Assembly (NCBI GenBank): GCA_951406725.2
Contig: OX597815.1
Coordinates: 202,492,001-202,556,000 of the forward strand
DNA: 64,000 bases
Direction: 5' to 3'
Source: Octopus vulgaris
Lineage: Eukaryota
The notes beneath the pieces are model-generated. The model searched no databases. It had not been told where the DNA came from and saw only the letters and a list, made by a program, of their open reading frames with translations. This document shows positions 11,550 to 26,246 of this stretch, piece by piece. Within the stretch, counting starts at the first letter, position 1, and each line of letters starts with the position of its first letter. The position numbers were made by a program, and so were the translations under genes.

Positions 11550-13048
11550 AGGTTCAATGAATATTAGTTTCAAACAACTGTTGTAAATGCTTGAAAATTA
11601 ACATGAAGTAAGTACCTCCAACGAAAACTTCCCAAACACAGAAGGAAACGACTCACAGTTGAGATACCAGATCGAACGTATACAAATACGGAATCTGTTT
11701 CTTTCGCAGCTGAAGTGTTTCATTAATATTATATTTCGACAGTGTCCTTCCAGTAAGTGCAGAAATCATTACAGAGCAGTTGTATTATAGCAACTACCGC
11801 AATGTTATTTCATTAAAACCACAAGTAGGTTTTGATTTCCCGACCACCACTTAGTTGCTTGAATCCATTTAAAATCATTTATAGAAAAATCTAGATAGTT
11901 ACGAACACCTCTGATCTTATATATTAAAGACATTACAACTTTGACATTACCCACACCATTTAGGTGTTTCCTTACAACTACCACGTCATAGTGTCATTAA
12001 TACAATCACCGAGTTGTGTCATTAGAAAGATTTATAAGATCTCATTTCAGTCAACATTTAGTAGATTCATTAGAACAACTTAACCATTTTATTGCAAGTA
12101 TCGCTTAGCTTCGTCATTTAAACTAACACCGATCAAAGTCATTATAAACACCTCATAGCTTTTTCAGTGCACAACTCCTTCATGTGAAAGCGTCCTGTAG
12201 CTATGAAATATTTTTACATTAGTGTTAGCATCAATATCCATTGAAAATACAATTCTTATGCTTTAGACTTTTAGACAATTTAATAAATAATGCATTCTGC
12301 GTTTTACAATCTACTATTTTTCATCCATGCATATAATTATACTTCCAGATGTCTACATATATTTCCCAGAAAAAAAATATTTTATATGCTTATAAATATG
12401 TATATCAATGAATCTATAACTAAGGTGTATTTTCCTCAAACTTTTTACATCAATAATAGTTTTTCAACTTCATTTTTGTTTTTAGCACGTCTACTTTCAA
12501 TTATATTTGTCTCTGTTTATTAATAATCTATTGATTGATTGATCGATTTTCCTCTTGACTAGAACGCTATTTCCTAAGTGCATTTTACTTCAACATCCAC
12601 CATGTCTCTTTCATTTTCTACTAAACACATTTTCCTCTCTTTTTACTTGGTGTGAGATTTTTGTCTGGCTTATACATTCCTCTGTTTTTTTCCTACTTTT
12701 TATGCACTCATTTATTATCATCCATTTTTGTTTATTTATTCATAAATATGTTCCTACTATTATTTTCATCTTTTTATTTCACAAATAAATTTCACTCTCT
12801 CACAGACAGTTGCAGTCTCTATCTCATTCAATGTATGCTACTGTTGAATATGTATGTATTTTTGCAAGAATAAGTGCGTGTGGTGTGTGTGTGTGTGTCT
12901 GTGTGAGTTTGAGTGCGTACGCGTATGCGTAAAAAAATCCGTGCCTGCACGTGTATGTGGGTGGGCACGTGTACGCATGAGTCAAAAATACACCTACGCG
13001 AGTGTATACATTTATATGTTCATATGCAAATAGATCTCGAATGCATAG

Positions 13049-13092
<44 letters not shown>

Positions 13093-13245
13093 ATAAGTGT
13101 ACAGATAACGCACGACACACGAACATGCGCGTGCGCATATACACACGTATAGGTAGTATTTTATACATATATATACGAATGTAAGCAAGTGTATTTCTTT
13201 ATCTCACTATGAATAAATCTGTGTGCTCCATTATAAATAAATATA

Positions 13246-13344
<99 letters not shown>

Positions 13345-14160
13345 GTATGTATATATATATATACGTATGTATGTATTTATGTATATATGTATGCATGTAT
13401 GCATGTAACTATCTATATACATATGTACTTGATAACATGTATTCAAATTACCTAATCACCTGTGAAATTTCTTTACTGAAATGAATAGGCACCATAGGAT
13501 AATAGTTACATGCTAGACGATATAATACGCCTCTGTGTCACTGTATATTTAATAGGCGTTGAATTCAATCATCACTGAGGTGACACCGACTATATCTCAA
13601 ATGAGGCGACATTTTTGCGATGACAGCAACGACAATTAGTTTGGAAAGGGAAAATAAGCAAATAATTGTTACGTAATAAAAATGTCTTGTCGTTGTAGGC
13701 GTTGTTATTATTTTTAGGCAAACAGGTGCATTGTTCAAAGGTTGCGCTTGTTGCTCATCTCGTATGACTTTGGGTGAACGGTATCCAAATGTTTTTCCAA
13801 TTAGTAATCTGCACTGCATAAGTTCACTAAAGTTTGACCACACTCGTCTAGCGGATTAGACAAACTAGAATGTATCAGTTCCTGGAAATCTGTTACGTAA
13901 TGGTGAGGTGAAAAATATCCCATTTGTTATTTACTGCAAGGAAGGTATTAAATTAATTTTGTTGGTATGTTTAGCAACGTAAGTATCTAAAAGAGAAATA
14001 TATTTCATATCAGATAGTGGAGCAATTAATTTAGCAGTGATATCTGCATGTATTTTTTGTTGACATTGAAATGCAGTTACTATGTAACAAATGCGATTGT
14101 GTAAGAAAACTTCAGAAAACATTAACCATAAACAAAGAATTTAATCTCTTTATCTAGCTA

Positions 14161-14403
<243 letters not shown>

Positions 14404-14571
14404 AATAATTCAAGTTATGTAGGCCCCTTATGGAGCACGACACCTTCAGGTTCTGAAAAAGACGTTCCAGAGGTGTGAAGAGGACGGGCTCCGTTGTGTG
14501 CCGAAAATCGAATCAAACTGTTTTTAATGAAATACATTTAGATAGACAGGTGGATAGATAGACACATACAC

Positions 14572-14620
<49 letters not shown>

Positions 14621-14794
14621 GGAGTTGTGTGTTTCTGAGTGTGTACACGAAAACGTATTTTCGTATATACGTATTGAATATTTGTGTCTATCAGTGCCGA
14701 TGAACTAATTTCCGGAGATAGACAACTGTTCTTTAGTTTTTATACATGAATATGCAATCTCTATGAGTGAAGTATTAAAAAACACAGACGGCCT

Positions 14795-14952
14795 AGGGAA
14801 CAACAAGCAGGTGTATTAAGTTGACATTCAGGAAGAATGGAAAAATCTTTGGTGTTTCGAGCCTATGCTCTTCGACTGAAAGGGATAAGTTGCAAAAAAG
14901 GGAGAACGAAACGACTGAGACAACACATGTGTAGGGATTAACAGCTAAACAT
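14795..14952 (-). mobile_element. Penelope-like terminal fragment with decayed HHR-like motif
   Basis: The - strand reads ctttcagtcgaagagcataggctcgaaac and is similar to 33600-33745 and 42900-43088. Confidence 0.55.
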
Positions 14953-15173
14953 GATATATTTTGATATTTCGTTTGGGATTACCGAGATTATTAACCTGGT
15001 GTAATACTAAATGTATATAGGTTTCAGAATGAAATGTTAGATGAGCATAGAGAGGTACTAGGAAGAAAGAGATGACAACGAAAAACAATGCTTATGTAAT
15101 GAAGTTTATTAGCTTACAGCGGTAAGATAATAAATTTCAATAAATAAGCATTGTTTTTCCTGGTGCTATCATA

Positions 15174-15545
<372 letters not shown>

Positions 15546-15629
15546 GGATAAATATATAGATATAATTTTGAAACAGGACAACAAATGTTTAAGCAAGACA
15601 AGCATCTCAGGTCGTATACGTTATTATTA

Positions 15630-16900
15630 TTGGATAAATTCAAAGTCTTACATCAGCTTCTTTATTAACCGAACGTACGGGATAGTCCGTCATCGGAGAC
15701 AAGTAGGGAAAATGAGAAAGGTATAAACTAATGAAAAGACGATAGAGAGAACGGGAGAAAAAGAATAAGGAAATGAATTAAGAGAAGAAAAAGAAGAAAA
15801 ATTAAGTATAAAAGTTCACAGTTCAAATTTCCGGTCGTTTAGATGTTAGTCCATAAGTCTTTAGATGCATGTTGGTTAAATTCTTAATATATATAACGGT
15901 AGCGGAAGTGGCTATTGATGGGTAAAGAGAAGGAAGATAAATAAAAAGAGAGTTAGATAGAGCGAGGGAGGAACACAAGTATTGGTATATAAGGTATATA
16001 AGAATATGGTGTACAAAAATAAACTAGAAGATAAATAAATACATACATAGGCGCAGGAGTGGCTGTGTGGTAAGTAGCTTGCTAACCAACCACATTGTTC
16101 CGGATTCAGTCCCACTGCGTGGCATCTTGGGCAAGTGTCTTCTGCTATAGCCCCGGGCCGACCAATGCCTTGTGAGTGGATTTGGTAGACGGAAACTGAA
16201 AGAAGTCTGTCGTATATATGTATACATATATAAGTGTGTGTGTGTATATGTTTGTGTGTCTGTGTTTGTCCCACTAGCATTGCTTGACAACCGATGCTTG
16301 TGTGTTTACGTCCCCGTCACTTAGCGGTTCGGCAAAAGTGACCGATAGAATAAGTACTGTGCTTACAAAGAATAAGTCCTGGAGTCGATTTGCTCGACTA
16401 AAGGCGGTGCTCCAGCATGACTGGAACAAGTAAAAGAGTAAAGAGAGTATAAGGGTAAATAAAGAGAGAGGAGAGAGAGAGAGGTAAAAAACCACAACGA
16501 AATAAAGTAAAATAAAACGGATTCAAAGAAGAGAATAGTATGTGCCAGTGGTACTCTTCTAGTCTTAAGTGGTTAGGGAAGAAATCTATTATTAAGTGAT
16601 GTTATTCGTTCTATAGCTAAGGTCAATGGCTGTGGAAATATTTTTAGTTATGGGTGTGTATGTAGTTGTGAACGGAGAAACCAGTTGAATATTAAATTAT
16701 AATTACTTAGGAAAAAGCGCTAGAACTATATATTAGGGGTTTTATAGGTGAAGGTTTAAAAGTAAATTAAATCAAAGAATTAACATTTATCTTATAAAGT
16801 GCTATGGTAAAGTTCATATCATTTTATAAGATAAATGTCAATTCCGGTTATATGGTATATTTCCGAATATATTATATCTTCAATATGCCTGTTGAGTAGA
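15630..16900 (-). mobile_element. Degenerate Penelope-like element remnant, interrupted by a family 2 SINE
   Basis: The - strand has ggaaatttgaactgtgaac (GNLNCE) and the decayed HHR gtctccgatga...gtaagac. The 16560-16700 segment resembles 41290-41420 (tgaccttagc). Same family as 40930-42350 and 55420-55910. Confidence 0.55.
16049..16449 (+). mobile_element. tRNA-derived SINE family 2 (internal TA/TG microsatellite, LINE-like 3' tail)
   Basis: A-box tggctgtgtgg, B-box-like ggattcagtccc, cttgggcaagtgtcttctgctatagc, tail aaggcggtgctccagcatg and (GAGTAAA)-like repeats. Three copies in the window. Confidence 0.92.
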
Positions 16901-17159
16901 ATTAGCGACAAAGATAATACACGTGTGATCCAGCTGACCGACATCGGCAATGTTTCCTAACAAAATTTGTCATAAAATTCTGATAGACCAAAGGACAAAA
17001 CTATGTATAGCGGTTAATATAAGTATTATCTTCGACGGCATGATTCTCAAATTAACTCTTCTGCAGCTGTTATTCTATAAGGAATATACGTTTCAAATTT
17101 TGGTAAAATGCCAGCAAGTTCGGGACTGGGATGGGTAAGTAAATTACATAAACAGAAGC

Positions 17160-17305
17160 GCTCCAATAGCACTTATTTTATCGATCCCGAAAGGGATCAA
17201 AGTCAAGGTCGGCCACAACAGATTTTGAAACCTAAACGTACAGATGGAAGAAATGCCGCCAAGTATTTTGACCAGCGTGCAAATGATTCTGCCAGTCTAC
17301 CGTCT
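17160..17305 (-). mobile_element. Old SINE family 1 copy
   Basis: acttattttatcgatcccgaaaggg...aatgattctgccag matches the family on the - strand. Confidence 0.7.
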
Positions 17306-19196
17306 TATATTCTTCATGGAATATGGAATATTATTTTATGGGTGTAGTGTAAATTTAAGAGAATGCTATTTGCCATCAAATAAAATTTAAATACTTCTTG
17401 CATTGTCTATGACAGGTTGACGACCATGTCGGCATTAACGTACGTTGACATAAATAATGCTATCCTTGTCTACTATTGTATTTTGGAAACAAAATTCCAT
17501 ATACAATCTCTTCGTTGCAGTACTTTACAAGAAGCCTGAGAAATGTTCACTTTCCTGTGATACTTCGTGATAGATATATTACAGTTTTGACAGATTTTTT
17601 CAGAAATTCTTTCGTATAGAACATTTTACAGATATATTTCTTAACAACGTGGTTTTTATCGGTGGTCGTAAGTGTATAAAATCAAGCGATTTTGCAACAT
17701 AACTACAAAACAAAACATAAATGAAAGCATTATTGCAACACAATAAAACCAGTCCTTGAGTAGTGTATGGAGTAAAGTGATTTGTTAAAGCATAAAATAT
17801 ATCCTTTGATTGTATCATAATATTGAAAATTCTCATAAAGTTGCAGATTTTTGACAAAGTATTATATGTCTTGATATACATGTCTTTTTCCACTATCATG
17901 TAGGTGAAACACAGGTATAAACCTATTTATTAATGGAGTATATCAAGGTCTTATGCTTATATTTGCGCAGATGTATAACGCCATCAAATTTCTACGTAAC
18001 TAAGTGACTACGTAAGAGTAGCTCCACATCAATATATATTTCTGTGTGATATTATATGACGATATGAGTAGTAAAATGCAATGCTAATTGACAGTAAATT
18101 GAAACAATTTAACCTCAGTATATTTCTGGTATTTACATTATGAAAATCGAATACAGGAAAGTTTTTAAAATAGCCAAAGAATTTAATGTTCGAAACGATA
18201 GAAAGAATTTAGATTTGAGTAGCATATTGACAAATGATTTGCTATTTACACCTATTCAAGCGATTTAGTTTTTCTCCGATATTAATAGAATCATAATTAC
18301 TAGAAGAAGCTAAATTGTCCACAGTTGGATGATTTCGTGCAGAAACCAGTTAATAAAATTGTTCGTTATATAATATATCATGTTTTCATACAAGAGGAAA
18401 CAATTACTAAAATATTTACTTTTAACACCGCTTGTGTAAAACCAAAATATATCGTGTAAAACTGCTAGAAGAAACAAGAAAAATAAACAAGTCTGAAAGT
18501 AATAATCATCAAAAATATACTAAACAGGAAGACATTATAAAATCATAGTAAGCGTCTAGTCTTGTGAAGAAATCACTATTAAAATTAATTATACAACATT
18601 TCTTCAAAGACTTGTTTTGAAGAGGAAAATTCTATACCCATATTGTGAGTGATGTGTTTGTATATGAAACCGATTTCATATATGAAATCGATGTAAAATA
18701 CACATACAAATATACACAAGCAAATAGCCACACCCACACCGATGCCCACAGCCGCACATACATACACATATAAACCTATGTCCCATATATGAGTGTCTTA
18801 ATATACTTTCGTAAGTGCGTGTGTTTGCACGCCTTATACTACGTTGATGTGTATATGTGTTCGTGTGTGTGTGTGTGTATGTGGGTTTGCATGTAAGTGA
18901 GAACAAGCGACTAAGAGTGTTTATATGGTAAGTTGTGTGTGTTGTATGGGCTAGTGACAACTATAATATAATACATATATAAACCAGGAAGTTTGAAGGT
19001 CTTGTGCGTATAGCGTCGTTAACTACAGATATAAAATTTATACACGCATGTGACATAGAAATATCACAACCACACACATTTATGTCACTGAACAGTAAAA
19101 CACTCTGCAACTCGGTTATTATTGTAAACACGTCTGTCCATCTTTCTAAATGTACAAGGGTGTGTATATATATGTGTGTGTGTATGTGCGTTTATG

Positions 19197-19665
<469 letters not shown>

Positions 19666-19723
19666 GATGAATATAGGAAAGTTCTGTCTTACCTCTACGG
19701 AGACCGTTAGAGGAATAAAGGAT

Positions 19724-19799
19724 AACTCAATACTGTAGTTTCAAACTCTTCAGATCACGTGTGTGAGCGCGAATCTGGTTAGCTATCTTCAGCTGAGTC
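19724..19799 (-). ncRNA. Candidate type-I hammerhead ribozyme
   Basis: The - strand reads gactcag-CTGAAGA-[stem II containing the cagat/atctg and cgcg/cgtg hairpin]-GAAA-ctaca-GTA-ttgagtt. Stem I has 7 bp including 2 G:U pairs. Confidence 0.55.
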
Positions 19800-19928
19800 T
19801 ACCGGGGACGACCAAATTTTAAAACACCCACTACATCTCTGCCTGCTTACTCGGCTGATAGCGCGGTAAACTTACCGGCTGCTATTTCTAGCAATGATCA
19901 CACTTCGTGTACACCTGCTTTACATATG

Positions 19929-19974
<46 letters not shown>

Positions 19975-19976
<2 letters not shown>

Positions 19977-20155
19977 CTTTATTTAAAGCAGCAGAAAATT
20001 CAACAAAACCTGTTACTCTGAGTTTCGCGTCGCCGTTCATCGGACAGTTTTTCTAGCAAAATTTTCTGCTGCTTTAAATAAAGCATATTACTCTACCACT
20101 GGTATTTGAGTACTCTTTTTTCCACCTTGTTTCACATTTATGTGTTTACTCCGGT
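19975..20155. mobile_element. Fold-back Penelope-like terminal repeat with HHR motif (20010-20047, - strand), flanked by (TA)n
   Basis: Inverted repeat ctttatttaaagcagcagaaaatt / aattttctgctgctttaaataaag. The - strand reads ctgt-CCGATGA-acg-gcga-cgc-GAAA-ctcaga-GTA-acag. Near-identical to 58499-58728. Confidence 0.8.
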
Positions 20156-20545
20156 ATATATATATATATATATATACACGCGGACATAGGCACACACACA
20201 AATATAGGTTCTGTGCGTGCGTGTGTATATATATTGTATGTGTGTGAGTATGTGTACATTGACGTAACAGAATAAACAACAGCACAGCTTTAAGTGTAAC
20301 ATTCAGTAATATCTTCGATATTTCGTAAAGGTGTTATAAGAATATTTTAATTGATGCTATATTAGAAAACTCAGGGTGGTAAAAGTTCGTCTGTAACGTT
20401 AAAGATGACATTACAGAAAGGTGTAAAAGGGTGTGAAAATGCAAGCATACACACAAACACACACACATGTATATAATATATGTACATATATACATACACA
20501 CATATATATATGTATGTATGTATGTATATGTATATATTAAATATA

Positions 20546-20585
<40 letters not shown>

Positions 20586-20949
20586 CCCCCGCAGTATATT
20601 CCCCTCTCTATCTCTCCTCTCTCTCTCTCTCTCTGATTAGTTCGGTTTTATGATATCAGTGGTTCAGAGGTATTTCTCTACAGCAACTTTTAAAGAATTT
20701 CCTTCGATGCTTGAGAATTTCATTGACTGAGAAACAGCCCTAAAATTTTTCCAGATTTATTTCAGTTACACTTCTAAAGTAATCATGGGTGAAATCAAAC
20801 AAAGAGATATTTTTATGTTTGATCTGAAAGCGAAAGCTTCTTTCCAATGTAATTTAGAGGAATGAAGCTTAGATTCTGATGTCTCGATAATTTATCGGTG
20901 TTATATGTTGAAATATGATTACAAATTCGGAACTTAAAACTGACACACA

Positions 20950-21290
20950 AATAAGGAACTGAAATTTATTTCAGAATGATCTCTGGCTTACCATCCACGC
21001 AGGAAATGCAAAAGATTGTCTTAACTGGTAGGTCACACGTATTGAGAAGAGCATTGTCGCGGTAAATTTTCTTTCATTTTGCTCCCTTCATTATATTGGT
21101 TTACTTTTCTTTTTCTTTCCTTTTACTCTGTCTTCCCTTTTTCTCTATCACATCACTCAGTAAATAAACAATCTCGTGTGTTTGTTTTAATGGCCTACGA
21201 ATGTATACAGTATACAGTACGTCTGTTTCTCATAGGTGTAAGGAAGACACTCAGCAAGAAATGGAAACAGAATTGAAAGAAGATGCTAAT
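20950..21290 (+). mobile_element. Short 3' fragment of RLE LINE family C
   Basis: MISGLPSTQEMQKIVLTGRSHVLRRALS* matches the C-terminus of ORF 6266..6790. The 3' UTR (ggaagacactc.gcaagaaatggaa) matches 6090-6190 and is followed by (TAA)n. Confidence 0.88.
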
Positions 21291-21303
21291 GAAAGTGATG
21301 ATG

Positions 21304-21366
<63 letters not shown>

Positions 21367-21369
<3 letters not shown>

Positions 21370-21869
21370 GCCCTGATGCAGTACCAGGCAGTGGCTCTCA
21401 TGGCTTCTGATCTTAACTGATTGGAAGTGTTATCATGTACATTGTTTTGTCTTGGTATAAAAGATGGGCTACAGCAAATATTCTGCTCAATACCACAGAT
21501 TTGCTTGTCAGTTGTTTGACCTTAACCAGTTAAGCATGTCCCTTAGTGGCTGATGATATGTGCATCTCTGATCACGAGCAGAAGTAGTGGGGGAGCATCA
21601 TAGCCATGTGTTGAGAGGGATTCTTTGGGGTTTGAATAGTTCACCTCTGGAAACATGGGTGGTTCTTTCAACATCCTTAAACAACCCTTATTCAGGGACC
21701 GTTTGAGCGGGATGGGCTACTCAACCTGAAGAAAATTCTAACTGGGCCCCACCTGCAAGGTCATGTGCTGTTTATCTTAATATGAGATCACCATGTCGCG
21801 CACATATGGTTGTGATGCATGTGCCTGGTGTACCTTTATCAGACGGGTAGTCATAATAATATATTGGGC

Positions 21870-21871
<2 letters not shown>
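21367..21871 (+). mobile_element. ~500 bp non-coding repeat embedded in (TAA)n (probable 3' UTR or non-autonomous derivative of a TAA-targeting LINE)
   Basis: Flanked by (TAA)n at 21304-21366 and 21871-21952. A second copy lies at 3440-3858. No ORF or tRNA head seen. Confidence 0.75.
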
Positions 21872-21957
<86 letters not shown>

Positions 21958-24847
21958 TATTAATTGAGAATAATAATTGAGAATAATTTCAGTGTATCTC
22001 AAATTGATATGTTGGTAAATATATTATTTATTTATGGAAATGTAACTAATGTCCTTATCCGTGTATAACGAGCTTGTTTAACAATGACCGATATATATTT
22101 AATACTATGGCTAAAATAAGGAGCTCAAATAAGGATAATAATAGCGAAACCAATTATGAAATAACTGTCCAGTTCTTAATGAAAGGATGATATTCCAGTG
22201 TTATCAGGATATATATTTGCCGACGAAAATGACTAGATATCTAGATAGTTTATCATTCTTATTCCCTGATACACATTAATCTTGTTATTCCTTTTAGTTT
22301 TATTTTCGTAATGATACTATTTTTCTGACTGATAACAATCCAGTAAACTAATTACCGCACCCAACGCTTGTCTTCATTTTTATGAATTTCATATATCGTC
22401 TATTGTCGACAAAATTACTTTCAATAGAGACAAATTGGTCATAAAATATTCAGCATCTAATTACATTTACGAAAGGCTAATGTCCACTTATATTTAGATA
22501 AGTTGATTGTAGAATTGTGCAGCTCAGTTCAGAACATCTGAATTTTAGGAGTAAAAAAAGCGTTATGACTACTCTTTGAATAGCGTGAATCTGTTGAAGT
22601 TAATGTATATTGATGTGTATCAAAGAAACATTACGACATACGTAAGACAATTGTTTAAAAAACGAAACCTTAAAAATGGTGTTAAAACGTAAATAAAATA
22701 GGGTAAATGCACATAGTTTGCATATCAAATTAATCCTTATCCAATAAGTATGAAGTTATTTATCTCTTACTTGCTTCCTAACGCCATTGCACGGAAATGT
22801 TTTCATTAGAAAAGATACGGAATATTTGCAGAGAATTATACTGGGTGGCATTTCATTGGACTGGGACCAAGAAGTGCTCTCTTACGTCGAAGACTGTGTA
22901 CAACAGTATATTTGATCTCCCCGCCAATTGATAGTCTATTCTTCCTGAACATCTCATAGAAAAAGTGCTTAATGCATTTCTTGATCTAATTTCTATGAAT
23001 TTTAACGCGGTGTATTTTTGTGTCTCGCATGAATGGGATTTTACTCCCCCATATGTTGTCTCGCTGATATATTTTGAAAACGATTTTATATTACAGGGGA
23101 ATTTCGAATAACAAGAAATTTGGTATACGGACGTACATTGCAAGTCAAAGTTTGCATTACAATAAATGTGCAATTAAAATCTTTGAAGAGAACAAAATGG
23201 CTCCATAATACAACAATCAATACGAAGACACATTTGTGTGTTTCATTAATTTTCTTTCATTGTTGTGCTCACGAAATTGTTGTATAGCATCTAAGCAGCA
23301 AAGAGGCGGTGTCTTTCATTACGCAGGCTACTATGTTAATATGTGTAATCAATTGTTTTATGTGATCTCTTACAACAGACCTTTGTTCTTCCTATGTTTG
23401 TAATGTTTTCTTTTGAAAGAGGTAGAAAGGACTATCATATCTAATGTGCTTGATGAATAGTTTTGTTTTGTTGTTTTCTTAATTGTTATATAACTTCAAT
23501 TGTCCTTTCCTTGGACGTTTTTAACATTGTTTCGTGCTGATTGCATATAATGATATTTTTCTGCAGTATTATGTTGATGCTGATGCTTTTTATTTTTTCT
23601 GCTTAGCACATGCTGAAAAGAATTAAATCAGTAACTGTTTACTAGTATATTTTTCAAGTATTTTCTCAAAAGTTCCCTCGGGCTGCATAACCCAGTGTGT
23701 TCTTTTTTAAAGCGTAAGGGTGGGGTACGAGATAGATGCTGCTGCTGTTGTTGATGTTGTTGTTAAGCAACATGACGAGTAAGGGGAGGGAGACCCAAGA
23801 CCTTGGAAAGAAACTTTGGTCGACTTGTAGTCGATGGCTCTTCGTTGACGCCCGACACAACTGGGAAGTGGCTCTCGACGTCGCTGGAAATGGAGATCTC
23901 CAGATCCAAATTCTTGAACGGTTGCTGCTGCTGCTATAACTAGCTTGCAGGGTGACAATAAAGTGACTTTCCTCGTTGACAAGTTAGTTGTAATAGTTTT
24001 TCTCCGTTGTACTATATTGTATAGCGTTGCATACATTTACAATTAAATATGTTTGGGCTTACGTAGATATTTCCTTAAATTCTGACTCCAGATTTGAGTA
24101 ATATATTTTCGTTTGATGCTTCACAATACACATTGTACAGGTTACAATGATCAAGATTTTTCTCTCTAGTACCACCTAATACTTCTATTTCAAAAGATAA
24201 ATAATTTAATATTTATGCGTCCCATTTCGTTCGTTGCAATACGGCAATCGAAACGTTAGAAGGAATAGATTTCCATTCCTTTCATAGTATATCTGGACGG
24301 TTTACTTTGATCCTGTTTTAAATCTGGAAAACTTTCAATTGCTTGTTTTATGCACACACATTCCAGATATTTTGACTGAAAACTTCTATATATAAGTTCC
24401 CCACGGCTGCCCATCCTCAACTTTTCTTTATTGAATAAAAAACCTTTTTGTCTCATACGAAATATTTTAGTTCCTTATATATATATCAAACATTATGTCC
24501 TTGTCTTTTATACCATAGTACTCTAATCAGTTTCCATCTTAGCGAATTAAAATATATACTTGATGTTCTGCTCTACATTCGTAATACTTAAGAGTTGTTT
24601 CGTGTAAATATCTGCAAATGATTCGTAATGGCGTTTAGTTTATTTCATGACATTAATAGATATTTATGTTTTCATTTAATTAAAGTTTTTCGGTCTCAGA
24701 ACAGAAATCACATGAAGAGTGTTCCCAAGTATCATGTTTTTTTTGTTGTAATATGCGTATGCTTTATTATCTTCTACTCTTGCCATCGTATTGTTGTTTT
24801 CTTTTTCCACACGACGTGACTGATATATTGGTAATGCGGCCTTTTAT

Positions 24848-25078
24848 GGCGGCGAGCTGGCAGAAAGGTTAGCACGCCGGGCGAAATGCGTAGCCGTATT
24901 TCGTCTACCGTTACGTTCTGAGTTCAAATTCCACCGAGGTCTACTTTGCCTTTCATCCTTTCGGGATCGATAAATTAAATACTACTTACGCAATGGGGCC
25001 GATGTAATCGACTTAATCCGTTCGTCCGTCCTTGTTCGTCCTCTCTGTGTTCAGTCCCTTATGGGTAGTAAAGAAATA
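24848..25078 (+). mobile_element. SINE family 1 copy with 18-bp TSD
   Basis: TSD ggtaatgcggccttttat at 24830-24847 and 25079-25096; intact head and B-box gagttcaaattcc. Confidence 0.95.
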
Positions 25079-26187
25079 GGTAATGCGGCCTTTTATTTAC
25101 ATTCAATGTGTACCATTTTCAAATGTATGTGATACGGTTTCGTTAACCAATGAATGATTTGCAAAAACACTTTTCATTAACTATTGAGAATCAGCTAGAT
25201 CAGTTCAGCAATATTTTAGAATTCGCCAGTATTTTATATTCATCCGTGACATAATTCATTGAGTGCTGATTAAAACTCCACCGAAAACAAGAGATCGTAA
25301 CAATTCCGAGTGTTTTATTATTATTATTTTTTTCATTTACTAGAAATCCTTATAGCCTATTTGAATTATATGACAGGTGTGGTAGGTCATGCATGCTGTT
25401 TTATTTTACAGTTCCTTCTCACATCCCTTGGTATATCCATGGCTTGTGTTTACTCTTGCTTTACACGCTTAAGCACTCTATTGTCGAATAATCGCCTTTT
25501 CTTGATCGAATTGAGCCACTTAAATTTACATTTTTCTTCAAATGTCATGTGTACAACTGTCAAATAATTCAGTCAATTAATATCGCTCATATTTGATATG
25601 TTTTCAGAAAAGTGACTCGTTAGTTTTAGTGTTAACAACGTGTTCATCTGCGCTTAGTGTTGTCTTCTGAATATTTCATTAATTAATTTTTCATAGCACA
25701 ACGAAGTTCTCGTTTGTGAGAGAAAAAAAATTTGACCTTTTATACTTTAGTTAATCTTCTGTATTGCATTCCTACGTATTTTTGTATAAGAAACTCAATA
25801 GGATCTTACATTCTGATTAACGAACCTGATTGCCCCAGATACGTGAGAAAAAAATACTGAATAAATTAAATGATGTTCTTGTACTCCCATGTTCATTTTC
25901 TATTTCTTTCAGATATTTGCTTAATTGGATATTATGTGGTAGTATTGTTGATGCGAGTTAATTTGTTTTATAATTGACATTTTGTATATTTTCTTATTAT
26001 TTCTAATACATTATTCTCGTTGGAGTTGACGATAAATAATCGTCACTGAAAATCTGCTAAATATTTGTTTTCATTTTGTTTATTCTAAAACATGGAGTTA
26101 GAGAACAAATTTGTTTTAACGGTGTATTAGTTTGGTTGATTTCATGAGGGTCGCTTGTAGTTCACATCTTTCCAAGCATACGATGTT

Positions 26188-26246
<59 letters not shown>

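Noticed and set aside
15912-16290. Recurrent ORF ..LLSVSVYQIHSQG.GRP.A..EDTCPRCHAVGLNP.. (also at 36573 and 56159) as a gene family
   Set aside because: It is the antisense translation of SINE family 2.
22832-23173. Candidate exon or 106-aa ORF
   Set aside because: All + frames after the tttgcag acceptor close quickly, and the - ORF has no recognisable motif.
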